From the IMG/VR virus record IMGVR_UViG_3300044796_000657, positions 248,001-312,000 of that record: a DNA stretch of 64,000 nucleotides. The stretch is one strand, 5' to 3'. The position numbers were made by a program, and so were the translations under genes. This document shows, piece by piece, positions 8,991-18,083 of this stretch (position 1 is its first letter; each line of letters starts with the position of its first letter). The notes beneath the pieces were generated by a model, which had not been told where the DNA came from, did no database searches, and saw only the letters and a list, made by a program, of their open reading frames with translations.

Positions 8991-9644
8991 TTAGCGAGCA
9001 GAAATTCGTCTCTTAACTGCTAGACGTTTTTCGTCATATTCACTTTGTACGAGTTTGTGAATTCCTACTCCCATCTCCCCATTATGACCAGCGAATTCAT
9101 CCACCCATCCGCCAAAATCACGAATATCAATTTTCGTATTTCCATTCATGAACTTGCGAAATGCGTCCCATGTATTATACAAATAATCGTTTTTGCGAGC
9201 TGCTTTCCAGAAATATCCATTATCGTCAGTACGACCATTATATCTTCCCTTGCGATCAACACGATAAAGTCTACCTGCCCGCAATAGAATAGTTAACAAT
9301 GTAAGTCGATTGCCTGTGCCCCAAAATTTACCGGGAACCACAGCGAGGACATACCTGTTATTCGATTTGATAAAGCGGCAACGATACTTGTAGCCAACAT
9401 GAAGAATTCTTTCGGCGTGTCGTACAAAGCCGATAATCGCTCTACGACTGTGAATATGACCAAAAGGCTTTCCTTCAGCATCTTGGTGTGCCAAAGCGTG
9501 TACGAGCCTTTTAGGTCTTGGGCAATTGGTATGGAATTGCTCACGACAAGAATGCCAAATAAGCATTTTGACGCTATTAAAGTAACCAAAATCACCACCG
9601 TTAATGCCATAAAAGCACTTCGGAATTCTGACAATTGGCTTCAT
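8991..9644 (-). CDS. Hypothetical protein, tandem paralog of 9641..10300
   Basis: Shared blocks G(D/N)FG, CRExFH, TILLRA, TWDAF..FM.G.TK, GWV..F. Confidence 0.6.
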   Translation of the reverse strand: MKPIVRIPKCFYGINGGDFGYFNSVKMLIWHSCREQFHTNCPRPKRLVHALAHQDAEGKPFGHIHSRRAIIGFVRHAERILHVGYKYRCRFIKSNNRYVLAVVPGKFWGTGNRLTLLTILLRAGRLYRVDRKGRYNGRTDDNGYFWKAARKNDYLYNTWDAFRKFMNGNTKIDIRDFGGWVDEFAGHNGEMGVGIHKLVQSEYDEKRLAVKRRISAR

Positions 9645-10300
9645 GACTTTGCTCGTTTTTTAGGAAAACAAAGATCGAAATTCGTAGAACACTTATCTCT
9701 GAATCGATGATTAACGAAATCACATACCCACCCTAAAAACTTATTAGCATAAAAACGATTTGTGACTTTTGTTTGGCCGCTCATGAATGCCTCAAAAGCA
9801 TCCCAAGTTTCTTTTAGGTAAGGCTCATGACGACAAACCGCCCAAAAATCATCACCACGATATTTGTGAAACCTCTGCGCAGCCCGCAAGAGAATAGTAA
9901 ATAAATTACTGCAGACTCTTTCGCACCAAAACTTACCCAACTCTATCGCCAAAACGTTGCGATGGTTTGTCCGTATAAAGGTACAACGCTCCGTAGACTT
10001 TAACTTCAAAATCTTTTCGGCGCAACGAATAAAAGCCTTAATGTGACGGTTTTGACGGTTTTGACATTCTTCCTCAAAATTATCACATGAAAGGGTTGCG
10101 AACAGAATTATTTGTTTGGGTTTATGACTGGCAACACATTTGCCTTTTTTATTGAATGTTAAATCAATGTACGAATGGAAGATTTCACGACACGTGTACC
10201 AATTGGTAACAGGACGAAGACCTCTCTCCGCAACAATCACCCCAAAGTTCCCCATTTGAAACTTATACGGGGATTTTGGGACTTTGATGATACGTGGCAT
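9641..10300 (-). CDS. Hypothetical protein, tandem paralog of 8991..9644
   Basis: Same shared blocks as 8991..9644. Confidence 0.6.
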   Translation of the reverse strand: MPRIIKVPKSPYKFQMGNFGVIVAERGLRPVTNWYTCREIFHSYIDLTFNKKGKCVASHKPKQIILFATLSCDNFEEECQNRQNRHIKAFIRCAEKILKLKSTERCTFIRTNHRNVLAIELGKFWCERVCSNLFTILLRAAQRFHKYRGDDFWAVCRHEPYLKETWDAFEAFMSGQTKVTNRFYANKFLGWVCDFVNHRFRDKCSTNFDLCFPKKRAKS

Positions 10301-10319
10301 GTCGCACCAATTGATTTAC

Positions 10320-10778
10320 TTAACTCGTCACTGCTTCACTGTAAGCGACTTTGATCTGCTTATCAAGCTCTGGCGACAATAACTCAATCTTGCTCCAATG
10401 TAAATCGTCTGGAATATTTTCTGCTTCTGTCCAAAAGAAGAACTCAATAATCATCTGGTATTCCGTGGCAGCAACTTCCTCAACAGTTTTGCCTTCCATG
10501 AAATCGTCCGTAATATTTAACGCTACTCTTAAAGCGTCTTCATAAATCGCACCACACAAATTCCTCAAAACCTTAATGGCCATCTCTGCGCCGGTATCCT
10601 TATTCTTAAGGAGCATATCCATAACATTCCGCTTCACCCAAGCATCGACAAAATGAGCCGTAGCACGATAGCGAGCTAAGACCTGTCCGGGTTGAGGTTT
10701 GTTTTTGCGAACATCAAAGAAGTTCTTACCGAACCAAACCTTGAATTCTTCATCAGTCATTTCATTCGGCGTCGACAT
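10320..10778 (-). CDS. Hypothetical protein
   Basis: ORF track gives 10320..10793; ATG at 10778 (MSTPNEM) preferred, following an AGGA SD. Confidence 0.5.
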   Translation of the reverse strand: MSTPNEMTDEEFKVWFGKNFFDVRKNKPQPGQVLARYRATAHFVDAWVKRNVMDMLLKNKDTGAEMAIKVLRNLCGAIYEDALRVALNITDDFMEGKTVEEVAATEYQMIIEFFFWTEAENIPDDLHWSKIELLSPELDKQIKVAYSEAVTS

Positions 10779-11055
10779 GGAATTCCTCCGCAATCTTGGC
10801 TTGCTCTGCCTTTACTTTAGCAAAATGCTCATCCAACTTGTCTTTGTTCTGCTCCTTGAACTCCATATCCTTTACCAACTGCTCTGCCATTGCTTTCAAT
10901 TTCCGATTATTGATATACAAAGCCGTATTGTAAGGGTTCACAATCGGCTTTTGCTTTGGCGGTCTTTCTAACTTGTTAACTTTTTTGATATTCTGCAAAG
11001 CCTCTCTCTGCTTCTTCAACTTTTCCTTAACTCGTTCTGCCCTCTTCTTCGCCAT
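10762..11055 (-). CDS. Basic coiled-coil hypothetical protein
   Basis: 97 aa, Lys-rich, overlaps its neighbours. Confidence 0.5.
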   Translation of the reverse strand: MAKKRAERVKEKLKKQREALQNIKKVNKLERPPKQKPIVNPYNTALYINNRKLKAMAEQLVKDMEFKEQNKDKLDEHFAKVKAEQAKIAEEFHVDAE

Positions 11056-11834
11056 TACATTCTCCTGTTTCTGATAAGTGCCGCATCTTGTGCAGCGATA
11101 ATTGAATCAATGCCACCACTTCCACCACCAATAGGCGCAGTATCAACATAACTCAACCGGCCTTCTGATACCGGCAACTGCGGATCATTCAAACCAATAC
11201 CAACCAATCCTCTTCGCATCGGCTCAAAGAACAACGAACTTACCTCAATCTTTGCACCTTGATCATCCGACACCTGATAAAAGATAGGTTCCATAGCACT
11301 GCGAACAACTTCCTTGAACACAGGATAAGGCTTATTCAAAGTCAACCTCACACCCTGTCGGCCAAGTACACCCAAATCTTCACGATTAGGACGGAACACC
11401 TCATGACGCAACGGGCCAGCCGCAATCGTCGGGCCATTAGACGTAGCAACACGACGATCCGAGAATTGTATCGGAACATTCGACGGCAATGATGGCATCA
11501 TACCATTAGAAACACTAACTGCCGGTTCTAAAACTTCCTGCGACGTAAATTCACCCTGAAGCTGGTCGTATTGGAACTTACGATTTTTGATAATACAGCC
11601 ACCTTTTGTTTCCTTGAAGGCGATTTCCCTTCTAGCAAACTCAAAAACCTCTACATTAACAATCAGGATGTCACGACGGGTCATTTCACCCATAATAGCA
11701 GCAGCAACCTTTTCCAAGGGTACTTCTTCGGTTTTACGCTTGCCAATCACTTTAGCAAAAGTTTCGGTTTCTTCAGTGTTATATTTACCATCCTCTTGTC
11801 TTGGATGATAGTGGAACAAAATTTCATATGCCAT
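11055..11834 (-). CDS. Hypothetical protein
   Basis: 259 aa, GAGGAG SD. Confidence 0.55.
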   Translation of the reverse strand: MAYEILFHYHPRQEDGKYNTEETETFAKVIGKRKTEEVPLEKVAAAIMGEMTRRDILIVNVEVFEFARREIAFKETKGGCIIKNRKFQYDQLQGEFTSQEVLEPAVSVSNGMMPSLPSNVPIQFSDRRVATSNGPTIAAGPLRHEVFRPNREDLGVLGRQGVRLTLNKPYPVFKEVVRSAMEPIFYQVSDDQGAKIEVSSLFFEPMRRGLVGIGLNDPQLPVSEGRLSYVDTAPIGGGSGGIDSIIAAQDAALIRNRRM

Positions 11835-11853
11835 TATTATTCTCCTCTTGCCT

Positions 11854-12033
11854 TTAAATAGCGAAGCCCCACCAAGTCTTTTTAGGTTCAGGGTGGATTA
11901 TCGCCTTAAGGCTTTCTTTCTTTTGTTTCGTCAATGGCATGTCTATAAATCTGACATCCAATTCCAATCTTTCACAAACCTTTTTCAGTTGTTCATATTG
12001 TTGTTTGACGATCTCTAAATCCGATGGGGTCAT
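11854..12033 (-). CDS. 59-aa hypothetical protein
   Basis: Manual translation MTPSDLEIVKQQYEQLKK...KKTWWGFAI; fills the gap in a co-oriented run. Confidence 0.45.
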   Translation of the reverse strand: MTPSDLEIVKQQYEQLKKVCERLELDVRFIDMPLTKQKKESLKAIIHPEPKKTWWGFAI

Positions 12034-12041
12034 GCATTTAG

Positions 12042-12524
12042 TTATCCTTCGCCATAAATATCTTTCAGCTTACTTTCCATATCCGACTGAGTAGAAGGCG
12101 ACGACATGACATTCTTTCCATAAAGACTGTCCATTTCCTTACGCATGTTGTAACAAAGCTCTTTTGCCGTACTATGAGCATAATCCATAGACTTCAAAAA
12201 GCCGTAAAGTTCATCCTTAACATACTCGGCCATTCTCACCCGTTCCAACAAAGCACCAACTTCTTCATCCGATTTGGCTGATGCTTCTGCCATCTTATCA
12301 CTCAAATTATGCGTTACCTTGTATTCACGCAACTTGGAATTGAATAAGACCGTATGCTGGTCGTTCAATCTCTTAGCAATAAAAGAAGCATCATTGTGCT
12401 TGTTTTGATAATACCTATGTAACGAAGCGTACTTGGTAAGAAAGTCATTGATATTCTCTTGCGAAAACTCCAATGCCTTGTCATCAAGATTAACGTCTTC
12501 TTTGCCGACTTTGACCATTCCCAT
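12042..12524 (-). CDS. UvsY-like recombination mediator
   Basis: 160-aa helical protein resembling T4 UvsY in size and pattern; next to the helicase. Confidence 0.55.
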   Translation of the reverse strand: MGMVKVGKEDVNLDDKALEFSQENINDFLTKYASLHRYYQNKHNDASFIAKRLNDQHTVLFNSKLREYKVTHNLSDKMAEASAKSDEEVGALLERVRMAEYVKDELYGFLKSMDYAHSTAKELCYNMRKEMDSLYGKNVMSSPSTQSDMESKLKDIYGEG

Positions 12525-13528
12525 TATTGTGCCTTTATTTGAAGAAACTCTTTTATCAAATCATCAATATTGTTAATATCTGAGTAGTGGATAATCAACA
12601 ATGGAATCTTTTTATCTTTAGCCCATCTACTTTTTATATGATCTCGTTTTTTTATAGCCGCCAAATTATCAATAGCATCATCACAACTTATTGTGTTAGA
12701 CCAATATACAGGAACATAATGTTGTATGCCATTATATTCAATAAGAAATTGATTTTCCTTAATGTTAACTAAAAAATCAAATGGCAACCTGTTGACACTA
12801 ATGCAATCTTCAAATGTGGCTTGCCTAATAAAAGTTAAATTTTGTTGAGACAAAAATTCAACAATCTTTTTTTCACCTCTTGATTCACAGCAAAAAGGAC
12901 AACCTCTGCCGCCAGATCGATTACATATCATCGCTTCCCATTGGTGTTCTTTAACAAAAGAACATTGCCACCAAACCTTTTTATGACTTCCTGCTGTCAC
13001 TTCATACGGCGTTATTTGATTTATGGAATGCCACTCTTGTGACAGAATTGGATGCGTTGTCGCCAAACAATTTGATTGTACAATTTTATGCGTACGACCG
13101 ACACTGCGGCAACAAGGACATCCTCTACCAGCAAGTCTTTTTACTGGACTTGCAAACCATTCGTGATCTTCAGCAACGAAACATTTCCACCAAACTTTAA
13201 TACCGCTACCAATAGTCAAATCAAACGGTGAAAAACTATTTTTCAGATGCCACTGTTTTGCTAACTCTGGCTCTTTTGTCGCAATACAATTAGACAGAGA
13301 TACTTTTTGCCCAGCACAAAAAGGACATTTCGTTTTTTCAATAACTCGTTTATTAACGGTAGTTTGCCACTCATGATCTTCGGCAGTTGAACATTTCCAC
13401 CATATTTTTTTATGACTTCCAAAGCTAATTTCAAAAGGATTTATGCCCAAATTTTTAGTCGGATGCCATTCTTTAACTATTTCTGGGTACAATTTACCGA
13501 AGCAGTTTTTATTCGTGACTTTTTTCAT
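12524..13528 (-). CDS. Zinc-ribbon-repeat protein with C-terminal PD-(D/E)xK/Vsr-like endonuclease; probable free-standing homing endonuclease
   Basis: Three KxWWxC...HEW...CP(F/C)C repeats, then SRGEKKI, LPFDF, IEYNGIQHY and IPLLII. Confidence 0.75.
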   Translation of the reverse strand: MKKVTNKNCFGKLYPEIVKEWHPTKNLGINPFEISFGSHKKIWWKCSTAEDHEWQTTVNKRVIEKTKCPFCAGQKVSLSNCIATKEPELAKQWHLKNSFSPFDLTIGSGIKVWWKCFVAEDHEWFASPVKRLAGRGCPCCRSVGRTHKIVQSNCLATTHPILSQEWHSINQITPYEVTAGSHKKVWWQCSFVKEHQWEAMICNRSGGRGCPFCCESRGEKKIVEFLSQQNLTFIRQATFEDCISVNRLPFDFLVNIKENQFLIEYNGIQHYVPVYWSNTISCDDAIDNLAAIKKRDHIKSRWAKDKKIPLLIIHYSDINNIDDLIKEFLQIKAQ

Positions 13529-14964
13529 TGAATTTCAATTTTTTTAGGCTCTACATTACCCGCTTTAGCTTTTCTATAATTGGTTAAGTGCATTTGCATT
13601 TCCTCTTTGGGAATTTCCGACATTAACAAAGTACCCGTATTCATCTTATAGTGAATTTCTTGCCTACTAATGCCGTCTCTATGTTTGATAGCAAACAAAC
13701 TACCAACATTACAACCAGATTCAGGTTTATTCAAAGACCAAATAGCATCCATCGGTCGAGCTTGACCAAAACTGTCGGCCATTGCATCATCATCGATATG
13801 CCCTTCAAAGTCCTGCGCCTCACGACCCTTGCGGTTAGCCTGAATAGCCGTCAATGTACAATGTAGCTCTTCCTGTCCAAAGGCACGCATTTCACGAACC
13901 AGCAATTGACGACTCTCGTAAGTCTTCATGCCGTGGATGTCTTTCAATTCACCGACGTAATCCACGCAAATCAAATCAGGCTTGAAACCATACAATCCCA
14001 ACTGAGAAACATACGCCCGGAAAGTATTAATGTCGGCAGAACCACCCGGATAATGCTTGATAATCAACTGACGAGTATCTTCATCATGCTTAACGTGCTC
14101 AAGAATTGCCTGCTTGACAATATTTTGATCCTGCAAAAGCATCTTGAATTCAGTATTGGAAAGCAAGGAGTCAAATCGTTTGGCGATCTTGTCTTGGCTC
14201 ATTTCCAACGTGATATACAAAACTTTCTTACTCAAAAGAAGGTTAGATGCTGCGGCGTTAATAAGGGCAATGGACTTACCGGCACCCGACAAACCTACGA
14301 AACAGCCGATTTCACCACGGGATAAACCCTTGGACGTAAGCATTTGATCGATGCCCTTGAAGCCGGAAGTAAAGATTTCCTTACCTGCCAACTCTTCTTG
14401 CATCCGCTGGTAACGTTCATCGAGGGTATTGAAATAATCCAATCCCAAGTCTTGACTCTTTTCGGTAGTTAACGCACTTCGCCACAAATCCCAAATCTTT
14501 CCATAAGGATCTTTGTCAGCTTTAATGAGATCGATGGTTTGGTGAACTGCGATCTTGATGGCTTGCTTCTTGGCGAAGTCGCAAACCTTGTCCATCAAGT
14601 AGTCACGGGTTAACGACCCCGGAACATAAGACATCAAAATCGCTTCCAATTCACCTAAGTGCAGGAAGAGGTGTTCTTTGTTCTTGCAACGTTCTTTGAG
14701 TTCTTGTTGTACGTAGGCTTTGTTTGGAAGTTGTTTGTATTGTCCGAAGAAATCAAAGACGATCTTACAAATGAGTTCGTGGGATAAGTCGCCGAAATAA
14801 GTCGGCTTCAACAAACTGAGACATTGAACCAGAAAGTGTCTGTCAGTTAACAGAACCGCAACGATTTGTTTGTCTATCTCGTAAGAATGGTCAAAATGGG
14901 CTTCTTCTTTTTTTTCCTGTATCAAACTATGAACTAACGCCTTGTCTTTATCACTAATCTGCAT
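13525..14964 (-). CDS. Replicative SF4 helicase, T4 gp41/DnaB-like
   Basis: Walker A GLSGAGKS, YITLEMS, Walker B ICVDY, TAIQANR, ADSFG, KHRDG. Confidence 0.9.
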   Translation of the reverse strand: MQISDKDKALVHSLIQEKKEEAHFDHSYEIDKQIVAVLLTDRHFLVQCLSLLKPTYFGDLSHELICKIVFDFFGQYKQLPNKAYVQQELKERCKNKEHLFLHLGELEAILMSYVPGSLTRDYLMDKVCDFAKKQAIKIAVHQTIDLIKADKDPYGKIWDLWRSALTTEKSQDLGLDYFNTLDERYQRMQEELAGKEIFTSGFKGIDQMLTSKGLSRGEIGCFVGLSGAGKSIALINAAASNLLLSKKVLYITLEMSQDKIAKRFDSLLSNTEFKMLLQDQNIVKQAILEHVKHDEDTRQLIIKHYPGGSADINTFRAYVSQLGLYGFKPDLICVDYVGELKDIHGMKTYESRQLLVREMRAFGQEELHCTLTAIQANRKGREAQDFEGHIDDDAMADSFGQARPMDAIWSLNKPESGCNVGSLFAIKHRDGISRQEIHYKMNTGTLLMSEIPKEEMQMHLTNYRKAKAGNVEPKKIEIQ

Positions 14965-14967
14965 AAT

Positions 14968-15213
14968 TTATTTTTCTACTAGGGTAAGCTGAATTACTAA
15001 ACCGAATTTATCTAACTGTGGGACGATCATATATTTGTTCAATCCTGCTTGAACGAGTATATCGTTAAAATATATGGTGTCAATCAATTCTTCATACGAC
15101 CGTTTCCACTCGTAAGGAGTTGACAAAGTAAACAAGTATTCATCATTGAGCAGTTGCTGCACCAAGTTGACAGCTTCACGGACTCTGACTTGAGTAGACC
15201 AATAGTTGTACAT
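14968..15213 (-). CDS. Hypothetical protein, possible paralog of 15229..15477
   Basis: N-terminus NYWSTQVRVREAV versus NNWLYEIRIREVV. Confidence 0.45.
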   Translation of the reverse strand: MYNYWSTQVRVREAVNLVQQLLNDEYLFTLSTPYEWKRSYEELIDTIYFNDILVQAGLNKYMIVPQLDKFGLVIQLTLVEK

Positions 15214-15217
15214 GTCA

Positions 15218-15223
15218 TATATA
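15218..15223 (-). promoter_or_regulatory. TATATA box variant
   Basis: TATATA-tgac-ATG(15213). Confidence 0.35.
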
Positions 15224-15228
15224 GCAGC

Positions 15229-15477
15229 TCAAATCGTCCATGCATGCTGATTGAAACCAATCTCTACAATTTTTCCTTGATCGTACATCATATCCAAATG
15301 ATACTTATAAGCGATCACCTGTTGTACATATAATGGTTCAACTGCCAATGTCAAATTAACAAAATCAGCACACACCATCGGTTCTACTTCTGAACCAAGA
15401 AAATGCTCATTAATGCGAAGATTGATCGTTTTGACCACTTCACGGATACGAATTTCATAAAGCCAATTATTTTTCAT
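15229..15477 (-). CDS. Hypothetical protein
   Basis: 82-aa ORF, GGAG SD. Confidence 0.45.
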   Translation of the reverse strand: MKNNWLYEIRIREVVKTINLRINEHFLGSEVEPMVCADFVNLTLAVEPLYVQQVIAYKYHLDMMYDQGKIVEIGFNQHAWTI

Positions 15478-15488
15478 TTTGGTGCTCC

Positions 15489-16070
15489 TTAGATTTTGTC
15501 GCCACTATTACCCATGAAATCAAATTCTGATAATGATACAGCGCCACTTCTAACGGCACGTTCCCGGCTGATCTTTCTACCTAAGCTCTTTTGCTCATTC
15601 CAAGTAATAGACTTACAATAAGTGATGAACTTCTTATCAAAAACCAACGGGCGTTGCGGATCGGGTTTGAACTCTGCGGGCACAACTCGTCCAACGATAT
15701 AGTTTAACAATTCTTCTTGATGCTTGCCGAATTTCTGCTTATTGGCTCCATGCTTGGTACGATTTTTCCACAAACCAACCAATTCGTCCACCACGTTTTT
15801 CATGAACTCGTCTTTGGCATACTCTTGGGCTTTTTCCAAACAGTCCTCAATATAAATCTGACGTTTGTAATAGCGACCTGCCCTGATGATTGCCATATGC
15901 AATCTCTGCATAATGTCTTCAATATCTTCCGTATGATTGTTTTTGACATTCTTTCTCATGAGTTGCCAAGATGCGAAATAGCAGAGATCGGTAAATTGCT
16001 TTTGCAACAGTTGATATTCCGATTCAGTCACAGCAAATACATCTATAGCTGACTTTTCTTTTACTTTCAT
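15489..16070 (-). CDS. Putative sigma-70 region-2-like factor lacking region 4 (gp55-like role?)
   Basis: EDIEDIMQ..HMAIIRA..YY and KFITYCKSITWNEQ resemble regions 2.2-2.4; VSLSEF resembles SLD; no C-terminal HTH. Confidence 0.4.
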   Translation of the reverse strand: MKVKEKSAIDVFAVTESEYQLLQKQFTDLCYFASWQLMRKNVKNNHTEDIEDIMQRLHMAIIRAGRYYKRQIYIEDCLEKAQEYAKDEFMKNVVDELVGLWKNRTKHGANKQKFGKHQEELLNYIVGRVVPAEFKPDPQRPLVFDKKFITYCKSITWNEQKSLGRKISRERAVRSGAVSLSEFDFMGNSGDKI

Positions 16071-16078
16071 TGATTGCC

Positions 16079-17386
16079 TTAAATTAGATTTTGAACTTCA
16101 TGCCATTTTGGGCCAACCTTGGCAACTGCCTTCAAAAACAAGCCCGGTGCCAGTTTGGATTCCGTTTCCAATACCTCTCGGCAACAAACACCAATCTTGT
16201 CAATTAACTTCTCATCCGCAATGCCGACATAAGCATCATGGATACTCGCCACCAACTTCAAATCGCTCATTCTGGCTTCGTACAATTCCACCAGCTTCTC
16301 CAAACACACCAAAGCGCCTACACCTTGAATGATCGCATTGCGGGCCTTGTACGGCTCTCTATCGCTAAACGGATACTTCCTGCCAAGCTTATCTGTAATG
16401 AACCCTGATTTGGCTTCTTCTTGAATAGCGTCCATAAAAGCGAACGCCTGTGGATATGATTGCTTTAACTTGTCGATAATGGATTGTGCGGCCTTTGGCG
16501 ATAATCCCAATGACTCAGAAAGACTATTTGCCCCACAACCGTACGCAACCGGCAGAAGGATCTTCTTCATCCAGTCTCTATTGGACTGATTACACTTAGA
16601 AGCCCCGGAAATCAATTTGTACGTTGCGGCATAAGCATCCTCGCCTGAGTCTATAATACCCTTCAAGGTTTCGTCGCCACTCATCCACTGCCATACGCTA
16701 ATTTCCATATGAGCGTAATCCAAAATCAGAAAAGACTTGCCCTCACCCGGCAAGAATTCCGACTTGATTTCATCTGTCATGTTGTGAGGATTGAAAGCAC
16801 CATCAAAAGCCAATCGGCAACTCATCCGGCCATTCAAAGCACCATCAATCATATAAGATGAATAACGGCGTGTCGTACTTGACTCCGAACTAATCAAACC
16901 ACTCGTTTCAATCGTCGGCAATACTTCCAAAGACAGCGGTGAGAAAACTTTATTGTTAACTTTTGCGAGTTTTGGATTTTGTAATTGAACACTCAACCGA
17001 GTTAACGCTTCCTTGAAAGATTCCGGTCTATTAGTTTTCAATTCGCCGTTAAATGCCTCACATACCCTCAAATCGAAGACTTTGGCTTTAACGGTCATTG
17101 GCTGGAACGGATAGTGAAATTGGAACCACGAAAACAATTCTTTGATATTCCAAGAAACGATGGTGTGATTGCCATCGAATAAAGCAACGCTCAAAAAGCC
17201 TATTACTGTTCCGAGTCGTTCATCGTTGGAAATAGTGATTTCTACGGATTGGCTTCGACTGTAGATTTTGATCTTGGGCGATTTGTTGTTACGAAAGTCC
17301 GTCAAATCATTTTCTAAAGAAAGATAGAATATATCTTCCCCTTCCAATAACGGAATCAGCTCCGATGAGATTTCCTGCCTAGTCAT
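16079..17386 (-). CDS. Minimal family A DNA polymerase
   Basis: NGRMSC (motif 2), LDYAHMEI (motif A), RDWMKKILLPVAYG (motif B), NAIIQG, SIHDAYV (motif C). Confidence 0.85.
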   Translation of the reverse strand: MTRQEISSELIPLLEGEDIFYLSLENDLTDFRNNKSPKIKIYSRSQSVEITISNDERLGTVIGFLSVALFDGNHTIVSWNIKELFSWFQFHYPFQPMTVKAKVFDLRVCEAFNGELKTNRPESFKEALTRLSVQLQNPKLAKVNNKVFSPLSLEVLPTIETSGLISSESSTTRRYSSYMIDGALNGRMSCRLAFDGAFNPHNMTDEIKSEFLPGEGKSFLILDYAHMEISVWQWMSGDETLKGIIDSGEDAYAATYKLISGASKCNQSNRDWMKKILLPVAYGCGANSLSESLGLSPKAAQSIIDKLKQSYPQAFAFMDAIQEEAKSGFITDKLGRKYPFSDREPYKARNAIIQGVGALVCLEKLVELYEARMSDLKLVASIHDAYVGIADEKLIDKIGVCCREVLETESKLAPGLFLKAVAKVGPKWHEVQNLI

Positions 17387-17417
17387 AGTTAAACATTAAC
17401 CTATAGTTATAATGGTG

Positions 17418-17693
17418 TCAAGAGATTATTCCAACAATCTTACCAATACCTACAATCCCACTTCCTTCACGAATTGTAAAGTGGCTTCCGACTTCTATTG
17501 CTGAATAATCAATGTGTTCATAGAGACATTCAAATGATACTTCATTAATTCCGAAATTCATAGGGTCACAAAATTTAATTCCCAGATAATCGGCTTGGTC
17601 GTAAAGAACAAGATGTGGGCGATAACCTGCAACTGTTGGCGTTCTTCTTCCGCCAATCTCTAGTAATTCTATTGCGGCTTTATACTTTGGCAT
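17418..17693 (-). CDS. Stand-alone EF-Tu domain III-like protein
   Basis: GGRRTP..AGYRPH and FTIREGSGIVGIGKI match EF-Tu C-terminal GGRHTPF..GYRPQ and FAIREGGRTVGAGVV. Confidence 0.75.
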   Translation of the reverse strand: MPKYKAAIELLEIGGRRTPTVAGYRPHLVLYDQADYLGIKFCDPMNFGINEVSFECLYEHIDYSAIEVGSHFTIREGSGIVGIGKIVGIIS

Positions 17694-17723
17694 ATTTTTC
17701 CTTCGTTCAGATTATTCGAAAAG

Positions 17724-17836
17724 ACCCCCTGGGACCAAAGATTAAAGTACTATAGGTTAAGTACCTTTAACTGGCTTTAGAGTATTTGTGAGCACTTGTT
17801 GAATATCTTAGAACTAAAGCTCTGGTCCCGTGGGGT
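17724..17836. other. Structured non-coding element within a 390-bp divergent intergenic region
   Basis: Long stem ACCCCCTGGGACCAAAG / CTCTGGTCCCGTGGGGT enclosing two inner hairpins (TTAAAG..CTTTAA and GCTTTAG..CTAAAGC). Confidence 0.5.
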
Positions 17837-18071
17837 GTAAGCCGTAGATGACTCGATATAGCGAACTCGGAATGGGGTCAGGTTTCCGGGGAGGCCCGCA
17901 AAGTGAAGCGGTCGCCGTTTTTCTCAATCAATCACAGAGAGCGAATGCTGGCTTGTGGCTGAAAGGAATCTAGGTGATTCATACCTGTTGCTAAAGTGTC
18001 TTTAGAAAGTTAGAATGTGCATCTGGTGAGGTGGTAGTTCATTAGTCAATAGTTCGTGGAAGTACGGAAAG

Positions 18072-18077
18072 TATATA
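18072..18077 (+). promoter_or_regulatory. TATATA box variant
   Basis: TATATA-aaacaa-ATG(18084). Confidence 0.35.
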
Positions 18078-18083
18078 AAACAA

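Noticed and set aside
8373-9644. TAA read-through fusing 8991..9644 with the CYTH gene (same frame, no intervening stop)
   Set aside because: TAA is an efficient stop used throughout the window, and the SD-ATT giving MPIENERKY explains the CYTH N-terminus more simply. Not fully excluded.
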